Origin: Hormiphora californensis
Lineage: Eukaryota; Animalia; Ctenophora
Direction of reading: 5' to 3'
Assembly: GCA_020137815.1 (NCBI GenBank)
Contig: CM035358.1
Span: 5,270,001-5,334,000, forward strand
DNA length: 64,000 nucleotides
This document shows, in pieces, positions 53,650-64,000 of this stretch. How positions within the stretch are numbered: the stretch's first letter is position 1; every line of letters starts with the position of its first letter. The notes below the pieces were generated by a model. The model did not search any database, had not been told where the DNA came from, and saw only the letters and a program-made list of their open reading frames with translations. Made by a program: the position numbers and the translations under genes.

Positions 53650-54521
53650 GGCAGGTGCACAGTTGCTCGACAGTCTATTTCTGGCTGCTATTTCTGGCTG
53701 CTATTTCTGGCTGCAAGACCTATTTCTGGCTGCAAGACCTATTTCTGGCTGCTAGACCTATTTCTGGCTGCAAGTAGCCAGAAATAGATTTAGCAGCCAG
53801 AAATAGATTTTAGCAGCCAGAAATAGGGTTTCTCTCACGTGATCTCTCTATCTCTGTATGGGATACGAGAGACGAATCGGTGAAGTAATTTGGTATCTGC
53901 AACTAATTGGGTATGGTTTTGTCGTTTCGTGGGAGAGAAGGTATAGCATAGGAGCTGTCCGGTGGCGGCATAATTGATTGCGATGCCTTGACGTCAAAAA
54001 TTTGGCCTTTTATTATAATGGATTGTCATAATGAGTCCCACCCACCTTGTTTGTGACACGAGGCATGAAAAGTTACACGATAAGAGATCTATTTATCGGT
54101 GATTTGACGCAATGGGTGTGATAACACATTATATTCGATCATCGAATCGATGGCGTAAATTTCAAGTTTGGAGCTAGGGGACCGGTAAAACAAAAGAGGT
54201 GCCTCTCGTATCCCATGCCCAGTTAGTTGCAGATACAGAATCACTTCACTGATTCGTTTCCCGTATCCCATACCAAATTAGTTGCAGATACCGAATTATT
54301 TCACCGATTCGTCTCCCGTATCCCATACCCAATTACAGTTACAGATACCAAATCACTTCACCGATTTGTCTCTCGTATCCCATACAGAGATAGAGAGATC
54401 ACGTGAGAGAAAACCTATTTATGGCTGCTAGACCCTATTTCTGGCTGCTTGCAGCCAGAAATAGGTCTTGCAGCCAGAAATAGCAGCCAGAAATAGACTG
54501 TCGAGCAACTGTGCACCTGCC
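53650..54521. mobile_element. Non-autonomous TIR element with 8-bp TSD
   Basis: TIR GGCAGGTGCACAGTTGCTCGACAGTCTATTTCTGGCTGC with TSD GAAAGCCG (53642-53649, 54522-54529) and subterminal CTATTTCTGGCTG repeats. Confidence 0.9.
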
Positions 54522-55202
54522 GAAAGCCGGCTGTTTAGCGTACTTCGTTGCCCGGCTTTGAGTTTTCCATCAAAGTTCCATAACACTCCCATAATTTAAT
54601 GGGTGTGGAATACATGTCACAAAGACATGTGAGCACTGAGCTGATGAGAAATGTGACACTGACAGGGGTACTAATGAGGTTAACTATTAGTAATAGGGTT
54701 GATGTGATCTGATAGCAGGAGATCTGAGAGAACTGTAGAAATAGAAGGTGTCCCTATAGCAACATGAATGATTATGACGACACCTCGACCAAAATGACGT
54801 GTCTGGAACGCGCGGGTAGGAAGTTGAATTGAAAGTTTCTAATGTCTTCTGTGTGTGCTGTGCGCGCCGCGCGATTTCCTTTTTGGCTGCCGTAGTTACG
54901 TCAGTTCACCAATATTTCGTCACAACACGCCATTGGATGTTTTAATGAAGGAGCAGGCTGTCGCTTAGATACCGCCTAACTAACGGCCATCACGACGTTC
55001 ATCTCCAAATTATAATAGAGATGCATTATTTTTCGAATTCATCATCATCATCATTAACAACATTTATTATCCCGCTTTATAGCATATTTGTAAGATAACA
55101 CTTAAAAAAGAAAAACTTTACGGCTACCTCACTGCTTTCAAAAGCGGTTTATCAATATATATGATCTGTATATTATATTGTCTTGATCAAGTGTTTATAC
55201 GA

Positions 55203-56192
55203 TTAATTGTCCCTTGGTGCTACTAACACCCTCTTTCCATGGATTATGTAGTGTGTTCCAGGGGACTGTTTCACCTTCTCCTTCAGTTCAACTACTAACT
55301 GTTTCCGTTCCCTACGTTCTTCAACTGTTCTATCAGGAGAAAGAAAAACTTTACCAAACTTGTCATTCCCTTTTAGCAGGGATTTCTTCGACATTATTGA
55401 CATTTGAGCGTCTCTACTCCTCAGCACCACTTTTACAGGTCTTGCAGATGAAGACTGCTTTCCTAAGCGCTCGGCGGATTTCACTTTCGGAGCCTCTTCA
55501 AGCTCAGTAAAAAGAGACTTAATTTGAGTTTCAAGCTCATCACCATTAACATTGTCTTTCAACTCTTCCAATCCGTGGATAATGATGTTACACCCACGGT
55601 CCTCCGAAGCTGCCACGATAGCCGATTGAATCTTCTTTGGAGCCAGGGCCGAGGCACATTCCTTCTCCAAAACTGATGCAAAGCTCTTCAATTCTTGTTG
55701 TGCCGTTGACTGCACAGCTGTTATCTCAACCTCCCTCTTCTCAAGTAGCTGCCTCTGGATCTTCAGCAGTTCCTCTTGTGCTGCTACAAGGGCTCTTTGG
55801 GATTTGATTAGCTCTTTACTCTGCATTTTGAGCTCCTTCTCTAGCTGGTTTATCTTCAAGGTTTCGTAACCCACCGTAGACAACTGTTCAGTAACTGGGA
55901 AGGTCTGTTCTATCAGAATACGGCATGCACCCTCCACAAGGTCTAGAAGCACTGGCTTGTTCAATGCATTCAGTTTGTTCCTGGAGGGAACTTTCAGATC
56001 ATCCCATACTTCCTCTGTCTGTTTTCCGTACTGCACTCGGCTCGGGTCAATTTCACCGAACCCACTGGTTAGCGTTAGTAATTCGCTTACCCACTCCACG
56101 GTTCGTTCTTGACAGTATCGGATGTGTTCCTCTTCAACGTCTGTTCCTTGCAGGTAGATCCGCGTTTCTTCTTCATTATCGGAGCTTCCCAT
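55203..56192 (-). CDS. LINE ORF1-like RNA-binding protein, 329 aa
   Basis: Intact ORF with a coiled coil, then NIIIHGLEE...ERLGK..ARPVKVVL...VFLSPDRTVEERRERK. Divergent homolog of 8914-9939. Confidence 0.85.
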   Translation of the reverse strand: MGSSDNEEETRIYLQGTDVEEEHIRYCQERTVEWVSELLTLTSGFGEIDPSRVQYGKQTEEVWDDLKVPSRNKLNALNKPVLLDLVEGACRILIEQTFPVTEQLSTVGYETLKINQLEKELKMQSKELIKSQRALVAAQEELLKIQRQLLEKREVEITAVQSTAQQELKSFASVLEKECASALAPKKIQSAIVAASEDRGCNIIIHGLEELKDNVNGDELETQIKSLFTELEEAPKVKSAERLGKQSSSARPVKVVLRSRDAQMSIMSKKSLLKGNDKFGKVFLSPDRTVEERRERKQLVVELKEKVKQSPGTHYIIHGKRVLVAPRDN

Positions 56193-56236
56193 TTTCTTGC
56201 TGCCCTCTTGGGCTCTTACATAGACATTTGCTGAAA

Positions 56237-56293
56237 CTCAAATTAATTTGTTTAAAGTAGTGTTGAAAAGTAGTGTTGAAAAGTTTGAAACTC
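56237..56293 (-). other. Spliced-leader sequence, variant 1, with an internal 13-nt duplication
   Basis: GAGTTTCAAACTTTTCAACACTAC[TTTTCAACACTAC]TTTAAACAAATTAATTTGAG matches the cydippid ctenophore SL as I recall it (needs confirmation). It is not followed by GT. Confidence 0.78.
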
Positions 56294-56900
56294 GTGCGGA
56301 GCGATAGCGAAAATCCGGTTCCGCCACCACTGCACTGAAAAATTGAAAATGCTACATAAAAGAATGAAGCTGTCAACTAGTTCAAAGTATCACGTGATGC
56401 CTCCTACCAGGTCGAGTTTTCTGGCTGGGTCCACTTTTCTTTTTTGGCAAACGTTGTTGGCCAGTGGCCCCCGGGATAAGGCAGCGCTTTTCAACTTTTC
56501 TTTGAAGTCTCACAAAAAATTCCTCTTCGCACGAGTGTTACGGATCAGCGGCGCGCGGCGGCTATAAGTACTGCAGCGCTTAGACGAAGTTTTCGCCGCC
56601 GCGCCCATCGTCACACAAAACCGTGCAAAAACCTTTTTATTTTTTCCCTTTTTCTAAGGGAACAGCGACACCGGAAAACGTTAAAATCTGGGGGGCGCCG
56701 TTACGATCTGGGTGTTTGGTTGAAAAGCGCTGCCTTATCGGGGGCCAGCAACGTTTGCCAAGGTGTTTGGAGGCCTGTTTACAGGTGTGCACTGCCAAAA
56801 AATTTGATTCACTAAAATGGCTCTAACCGCCAAACCACTCAACCGTTTTGGCTGATTCAAAGTTTATCTGGTAGGGAATGTCAAGGCCTAACCCCAACCC

Positions 56901-56966
56901 AAACCCTAACCCTAACCCTAACCCTAACCCTAACCCTAACCCTAACCCTACTTTAGCCCTAACCCT
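56901..56966. repeat. Interstitial (CCCTAA)n telomere-like tract
   Basis: About 8 near-perfect AACCCT units at the edge of the nested-element block. Confidence 0.85.
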
Positions 56967-57035
56967 GAAAAACCGTTTGTCAGCACTCCCAAAACACCCA
57001 GATTTTAACGCTGGCTAAATCTGGGTGCCTTTCAA

Positions 57036-59040
57036 TGGGATCCCATCAACAGTAAAACTCTTACTGATAATGGACCACAGTGATGGTTCTTTCTCTGTAT
57101 TCTCTCTGTGTCGCGCCCACGCCCGGGCATGTCCTATTAGTAAGGGGATTTAACTAAGATTTTAGCCCCAACCAGAAAAAAATTTGTTACAAAGGATTTC
57201 CACCTGAAACGTACTCCTAAGGGTCCCCTCTATCGATTCCAACTAATGCTCATATTTGCTCAGGGGTGCTAAGGCCTCATTTCCGGGTGGGCGTGGTACC
57301 TGTATTTTCAGCTTGAGGCCAAAACCATAAATACCCTTAAAATAGGAGTAGAGACAAAACTGAGGGCACTAAAATGATCAGCGTCCTCGAATTAGTGGGG
57401 GTAGGTGCTAAAATTAAGTCTCTATCTCATCTGGTTAATTAGATAATTGGATAATTAGGTTTGCGCATAACCGTTTTTTGGCTATATGGCTATAGCCACT
57501 TAGGAATGGTTAAGAGACTTTTCATTGGTGCCATTTTGTAGGCAAAGCGAAATTATGGGGGGTCGACGTCGGACTTTTAAGCTCTATCTTCAACCGTTTA
57601 GCCGTTATTTGGCTTTTAAGATGCTCCAAATGAGCAAAATACGGTAAAAAGTCCAATTTTGAACACCGTTAAAGCCAAATAACGGCTAAACGGTTGAAGA
57701 TAGAGCTTAAAAGTCCGACGTCGACCCCCCATAATTTCGCTTTGCCTACAAAATGGCACCAATGAAAAGTCTCTTAACAATTCCTAAGTGGCTATAGCCA
57801 TATAGCCAAAAAACGGTTATGCGCAAACCTAATTATCCAATTATCTAATTAACCAGATGAGATAGAGACTTAATTTTAGCACCTACCCCCACTAATTCGA
57901 GGACGCTGATCATTTTAGTGCCCTCAGTTTTGTCTCTACTCCTATTTTATAGTAGAGTCGATAACTACATCGACCTCTCCCAATTGTTCCAGTTTTTGTC
58001 ACATCTGTTTGGAGCGTCAACACGACCTCTAAACAGGTGTTACTTTTTCACAAACTGTTTTCATCTTGGTGTAATCAGCAGTTGAAATGTTGCTTATCAT
58101 AACAAAAACCTGAATAAATTTTTTCAACTTGGGGTAAAACCATGGGTGTCAAAAGTTAGCTCTAGGTCCCCTGAGTAACCATCCGGAGACTCTAAGAGAT
58201 ATTTCAAGCCGTTCTCCCGTAATCATTAATCCCGGTAGAGCACATATTTGAGTATGGACGTACGTGCAATTGCCTACAACCTCAACTTTAATGTATAACG
58301 TTAATGTGCGTCTCTCTCTTTTCTCCCCCTTGAGAAAGAGTTATCTCGCGCGGCGCAACCGCACGTGCGGTTTTTCCAGAGAGAGTGAGAGACATACAAT
58401 AACATGTAAACAGCCTGCCAGCGCTCACGTACGTCCGCATTGTATTTTTTTCTCCACCGGGATTAATGATTACGGGAGAACGGCTTGAAATATCTCTTAG
58501 AGTCTCCGGATGGTTACTCAGGGGACCTAGAGCTACTTTTTGACACCCATGGTTTTACCCCAAGTTGAAAAAATTTAGTCAGGTTTTTGTTATGATCAGC
58601 AACATTTCAACTGCTGATTACACCAAGATGAAAACAGTTTGTGAAAAAGTAACACCTGTTTAGAGGTCGTGTCGAGGCTCCAAACAGATGTGACAAAAAC
58701 TGGAACAATTGGGAGAGGTCGATGTAGTTATCGACTCTACTATTAAGGGTATTTATGATTTTGGCCTCAGGCTGAAAATACAGGTACCACGCCCACCCGG
58801 AAATGAGGCCTTAGCACCCCTGAGCAAATATGAGCATTGGTTGGAATCGATAGAGGGCACCCTTAGGAGTACATTTGAGGTGGAAATCCTTTGTAACAAA
58901 TTTTTTTGTGGTGTTCCTGGCTTATCACCTTACTATATAGTTCTTTCTCTGTATTCTCTCTGTAGGCAGAGAGAATACAGAGAAAGAACCATCACTGTGG
59001 TCCATTATCAGTTAGAGTTTTACTGTTGATGGGATCCCAT
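57036..59040. mobile_element. Three nested palindromic elements
   Basis: Outer inverted ends TGGGATCCCATCAACAGTAAAACTC (57036-57108 / 58967-59040); a middle foldback 57138-58935 (family of 15321-16486); and an inner palindrome 57950-58742. Confidence 0.85.
57950..58742. mobile_element. PIF/Harbinger-like foldback MITE
   Basis: TAGTAGAGTCGATAACTAC...GTAGTTATCGACTCTACTA with a TTA duplication. The empty site CCTATTTTAAGGGT is visible in the paralogous element at ~16277. Confidence 0.85.
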
Positions 59041-60354
59041 TAATGGGATGCCATTCAGTTAGAGTTTCCCCTTGCTAACAATTCGTAGTTTTAGAGCGTG
59101 GACGGGTTAGGGCTATCCGTTAGGGTCTGGTTAGGGTTTGGTTTGGGGTTATCGGTTAGGGCTATCGATTCTCTATCAGTTACCGTTTAGTTCACTCAAA
59201 TTTGCCATGTGGTTGCGTGGCTATAGCCGTTTGAAAAAAGTCGGTCTAAGTGACAGATGCGATCCGAGAAGACAGAATAGGGAAGGTGATCCAGAGGAAG
59301 GAAGAGGAGGTGATGCGAACTGAAGAGAATTTAGGAAGGTTTGGGAGATCTAGGTTTGATGGAGATGCCAGCAGATGGTGAGTCCATTGAAGGTCGACAG
59401 TAGGAACTTAATTATCTGTTCGGTTGATTGCCGGTTGAAGAGTGTGAACAGCCGCTTGTTCTAGTAGGTTTAGACTGAGGCAGGAAGAAGAAGAGGAGAG
59501 GATAGATGTAAAATTCCAGTCCATAGTGTTCAGTCTTTAGCCCAGTTCGGAGAGGTTAATCTTTTTGTAAGACGAGCTGTCTCGTCTCCTTTTCTGTGCA
59601 ACTGTACCTCAAATGTTACACCACATAACCACTCTATAAATCAATTTCAATATTAGCTTTGTATGGATATGTTAATTGGAACGATAATGAAGGCAAGTAT
59701 TCTGGAAAGACGTTGTGCTGTTCGAAAACCTCATACCATATTGCAGTAAGTACTTTTTAAGTGTGATTATTTTTCAGTTTCAACTGTACTGAACCGCAGT
59801 TTCAACAGTTTTTTAAATGGTAATGTTTAGCTGTTGTAGTATCCAGTATCACAATTACAAGCAACCGATTATTATTTCATCCCGGCCTGCTTGTTGATTA
59901 TTAGAATCCAAGAAAGCACCACTTGATCGTGTATACAAGTACTACTGCAAGTCAGCAAGTGTAGTATAGTATTTTGCATGTGATATTTATCGTGTTTTCA
60001 GCGTGTAAATCTTCACTCATCAATCGTCCAAGTTTTCCGTTGTGTACCACAAGTCTTTAAAGAATATGATATATTGCTTATGAACCACCCATGAACCTCT
60101 TTTTGTTTTATTTGTAGTTTGATTTCTCGATCGATCGGGCAGTCCCATTTCATCCCCTAGTGACGTACTGCACCTCACGCAAACAAATTTCTCTTTGCAT
60201 TCCCCGACGGTATATTTCCATAGGGAATGGAATTTTATGTTAAGCAAACAATGACTGCATATACTCTCCTCATATTAGGAATTGAATACTTACCTTTCCT
60301 TTTGCCGCCCTTGGTCTTGCTAATCCAAGAGTATCCACCTTCCCTGCTGTGGAG

Positions 60355-60463
60355 CAGGAACCGACCGAACCAAGTAAACATCCAATCAGAGCTCGTTATT
60401 TAGGTCACGTGACTGGTTATCAGCCAATCAGGGACCAGTATTTCCTGATTCGGTCGGTTCCTG
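60355..60463. mobile_element. hAT-like MITE (CAGGAACCGACCGAA family)
   Basis: Full TIRs with 8-bp TSD CTGTGGAG. Confidence 0.9.
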
Positions 60464-63400
60464 CTGTGGAGACTGGACGTGAAGGTCGTTTGCAGAATTC
60501 TTTCCTTACTTTATTGTAGTAGTTTCACCACCCATTGCGACCTTTCTAGCACCACTATTTTTGGTGATCATGGCTCAATCAAGCATGTGTACTATTATAT
60601 CTTTGTGTGTCATCTTACATTTTTGTGTGTCATGTCGAAAAGATGTTTGTGCTAATACATCTAGCTAGATGCATCTAAACCATTGTTGTGCTTTCCCCAC
60701 TGCTTCATATCACAAGTGAATGTTGCATTTATTAGGGCGACGAGAAATCAGAAAATAGCTGATCGGTAGGTGTGAGTAGACGGTTGGGTGGGACTGCAAG
60801 GAGATCCAGTAGAGAAAGAGAGAGAGCGAAAAAGAGTAGGAGTAAGAATAAGAGTAAGAGAGAGTAAGAAAGAGAGGGATGCAACCGATGAAGAGAAAGA
60901 GAGAGAACGTGATGGAGAAACAGATCAATCGTTATATCAACACCAACAGACGCTGTTGCATCTCCTGTTAGCAGTGTGTTTTCTTATCCACTGCTAGCTT
61001 CCTCCTCCAGAACACTCCTACAGCTGCTGCTGCTATTGCCACCCTTTCAGCTTTCTCTCTCTCTCTCCCCCTCTTTCGCTCCCTCGCTCTTTCTCCATCT
61101 CTTCCCCACTCTTACTCACATCGTCACACGTTTACCCAACACTTGTTAGTTCTGATCAATCTCTCTCGAATATAATGCTGGGTAAAGCATTTCTCACCGC
61201 TGCTACCCGAAGTCCTGTTATGCGTGTCAATATGAATTAGGAATCTTATCCTCGCCCCAAGATACTAAGATATCTTAATTTCTTCAGCGCAGGGGGCGTC
61301 ACCGGCTCCCTGTACAGCATTACCGTTAGTCTATACTTCTCTCTGATCAATCGATCTTCTATGTCTTCTTAACCTGAGCTGGCTATAGGTAATAGTTATA
61401 CTCAAGTTCGTTTTATTTTCTCACTCTTTCATTTCGTCTTTACATTTCTCTTTTTTTTCTCTCTCTTTCCTTTCTCTCTCTTTTTTCTCTCGTTTACTAT
61501 CCCGGTCCTACACCAAGGCTTAGGCTCCTTTTCGACTTAATAACTCGATTTTCCCGAGGCTTACATTACTGAGAATCTTCTAACTTATGTACCTGATACC
61601 TCATGGATTAAATATTAACCCTCAATTATTCTTCACTGCGATCTCTGGAATTCTAACGTTACCATGACAACAGTGTTTACACAAGCAAATTGGTCATACT
61701 GCTGCAGCAGTTATAGTTTCATCTCCTGCAGGCGTCACTTTGTCCTGGCCTCTTTGCCAGATTGGATGGAGAGTAGGGAATGGAAGGAGAGTAGGGGAGA
61801 AGAGTTTGTAACGTTGTATCCATTTTGACATGCTTGTTAAGGACCAGCGCCCATATCTCTTTTGTGTGTCCAGTCTGTGTGTCCATAACACGTTGCTCTG
61901 ATCTCTTTCTGTCACCTGCATTGGTCCCACCATGATTTGAGTTTCGCTTTTTTGCCACCAAAGTTTTCCTCTAACTGTAATCTGTTCCAGTCGCTATAAC
62001 TTCCATTTGGTTGTTTGTATCTTCCCTTTTTGCATAGGAATTGAGGAGCCGCGAGTCTGTCTAATGTCTGCTGCTACATTCCCCCCGCCTATCATATCTA
62101 AATTTTAATTCGTGTTCACTCGTTTGTTCAAAGGTTTTCTTGCTAGAGATTGCATTTGCTTGCTATAATAATTCTTTGGACTGCTCCTTTTCCTCTAGTA
62201 CCAGGGTCGCAATTTGCCTCACTGCACTTCTCCTCTCTTTCTTAGTTCCTACCGGTGTTAGACAATTTGTCACAACTCACTTCCAAAAATCACCTCACCC
62301 GGCTCCGTAGAACTATGAAGATTGCAGTGAACTACCAGCTCAAATCCTTTGCTAGTTCGATGGAAATACAAGGACAAAGGGTATACCGTGAAATAAATAA
62401 AGGAGCTATTTTCTGCCCTATTTAATTCTTCCAAAGATCTAACCTTATTCCGATCAATTGATGTCCCCGATATATCAACCCTATCACATTGTCGACTCTA
62501 TCACATACAATATCAACCCTATCACAATGAGTCGAATTTACACCCCTTACCATTGAAGCGTGTTACTCCAAGTTTTCTACTGATTACTGATTTAGTAAGG
62601 TGACATGAGCTATTGTGATGTTCACTAACTCTCCCGGCTGGCCCACTGGACAACAAAAATTCCAGGTTTTGAGTCAAAGTAAACAACATTTACTACGGAA
62701 ATACACATCTCACAGAGGTGCCGGACTCGAGTCCTATTATGTTGCATGTTTCCAATCTGTCTGCAGCCTACGTTGATGGCCCCTTTCCAAAGCTGGCCTT
62801 GCCTTGTCCGACCATCTCTCACCATGCCCAACAATAACAACAAATGTGAAGTTTTAGTAAAGGGTTAGAACATATATCTGGGCCCTTTTGAGTCACTTGA
62901 AGTGTCTAATAGTGAAGAAAAATTTCAAAAAAATTCAACCCTTTTCGAATCTGGCTGCTTCACTCACGACCATCACTAATCAGTGCCGACCATAAATCGC
63001 ATCGAATCTTTAGTCACGACAGCCTTGGGCAAGTCGCGCCCCCTGTTCGTGAACCCGTAGGGCGATCCCCTCACGCAGCCAAGCGACAGTCGACAGTCTT
63101 TAGGGTCCTCCAACCCGGAGAAGAAATCTGGCTGCTTTAACATCTTCCCAGGTCATCCTCCAGTCGCAGCAGTCACAAACAAACAACATCTTGGGATGTA
63201 AACACACGAGTTGGGATTATATTTCGTTTTGCGTGTAGTCGCATTCACATGACTTTGATTGTGTTCGTTCATTGAACTTTACATTTAGCTGCATACAGTT
63301 GAGAAAGTAGCCAAAAGTCAGTTGAAAACTTTAAAAGAATGCTTCAAGACACGTGTCTATTACGCATAATGTGGACATGACATGGATAAAACTGCTGCAC

Positions 63401-64000
63401 ATCTGCTCTGTCATTGTAGGGATTTAATTGCTTACCGATTGGCCCATAATATGCATACCCCGTCTACTACTACTACTAAGTATAACCTGTCTAGACTGCA
63501 CTTGATCATAACGGAAAAATGCTTCCATGATCACGTGATATTGTATGATCGATACAACTGTGGGTCTCCAAAGTCCGAAATATTTTTGGTTAGGTCATAC
63601 ATTTGATTGGTTTGATACCCTTGGAAAATGAAACCGCTGCTCAGTGAGAAGGGGTTCCAACTAACTACTTCTCACGTGCATTATAGTCACCAGCTACCGC
63701 GCCTGTCTGTATCCCCCTACTCTTTGAACTAGCTCCGAACTGTCTACCTTACCGCATATCATGCTCCCCTATAGGTCTCCAGCTCAGAGAGGAAAGAATT
63801 AATGATGATCCACTTTTTTCAACGTAAACACTAAATTTGTGACGTAAGCAAATTCCGATGATATCATGGATCACGTGTGAATACTTCTTGAAAAGCCTGT
63901 TCTAAATGATATTGATCTCCATGATATAGCTCAGACTCAGAGGTGCACGGTAGATGCAGGCGTTTGACGTTTTTGAACTGACGTTTAGGTTCAAATTTAG

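Larger units (their letters stand above)
55039..56293 (-). mobile_element. ORF1-only non-LTR retroelement with SL 5' end and L2-type 3' tail (element B)
   Basis: SL-like head 56293-56237, ORF 56192-55203, and tail AAACCGCTTT (55147-55141)...AAAGCGGGA (55078)...ATAAAT...(TGA)5 ending at 55039. There is no RT sequence nearby. Confidence 0.8.

Noticed and set aside
59240-64000. Short ORFs and possible decayed coding sequence (~61700-62340, minus strand)
   Set aside because: There is no recognisable domain or consistent exon chain, so the region is left unannotated.

Overview
Compact, intron-rich eukaryotic DNA. It is most likely from a cydippid ctenophore such as Pleurobrachia, inferred from spliced-leader (SL)-like sequences and a MITE family I recall from that genome (not verified by search). 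The + strand carries a tightly packed run: SPOUT1 (3' end), PSMD9, DCAKD, a retroelement insertion, ZNF706, PAAF1 and synaptojanin. One 9-kb synaptojanin intron hosts four same-strand nested genes: a PAP2-like pseudophosphatase and three secreted F5/8-type-like paralogs. The - strand carries DNAAF1, with a perfect RFX X-box upstream, followed by an unknown multi-pass membrane gene that hosts an antisense SLC17 transporter. Introns and intergenic DNA are full of MITEs and long foldback palindromes, one of them a Penelope-like hairpin with two hammerhead ribozymes. The most striking observation is two divergent, intact, ORF1-only retroelements. Each starts with an SL-like sequence and ends in the same L2-type 3' tail as a neighbouring RT-encoding LINE, suggesting SL-capped, promoter-less 'half-LINEs' or a split LINE system. 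A second recurring pattern is tandem repeats built from the genes' own splice junctions. Exon boundaries were read by eye and may be off by a few bases.
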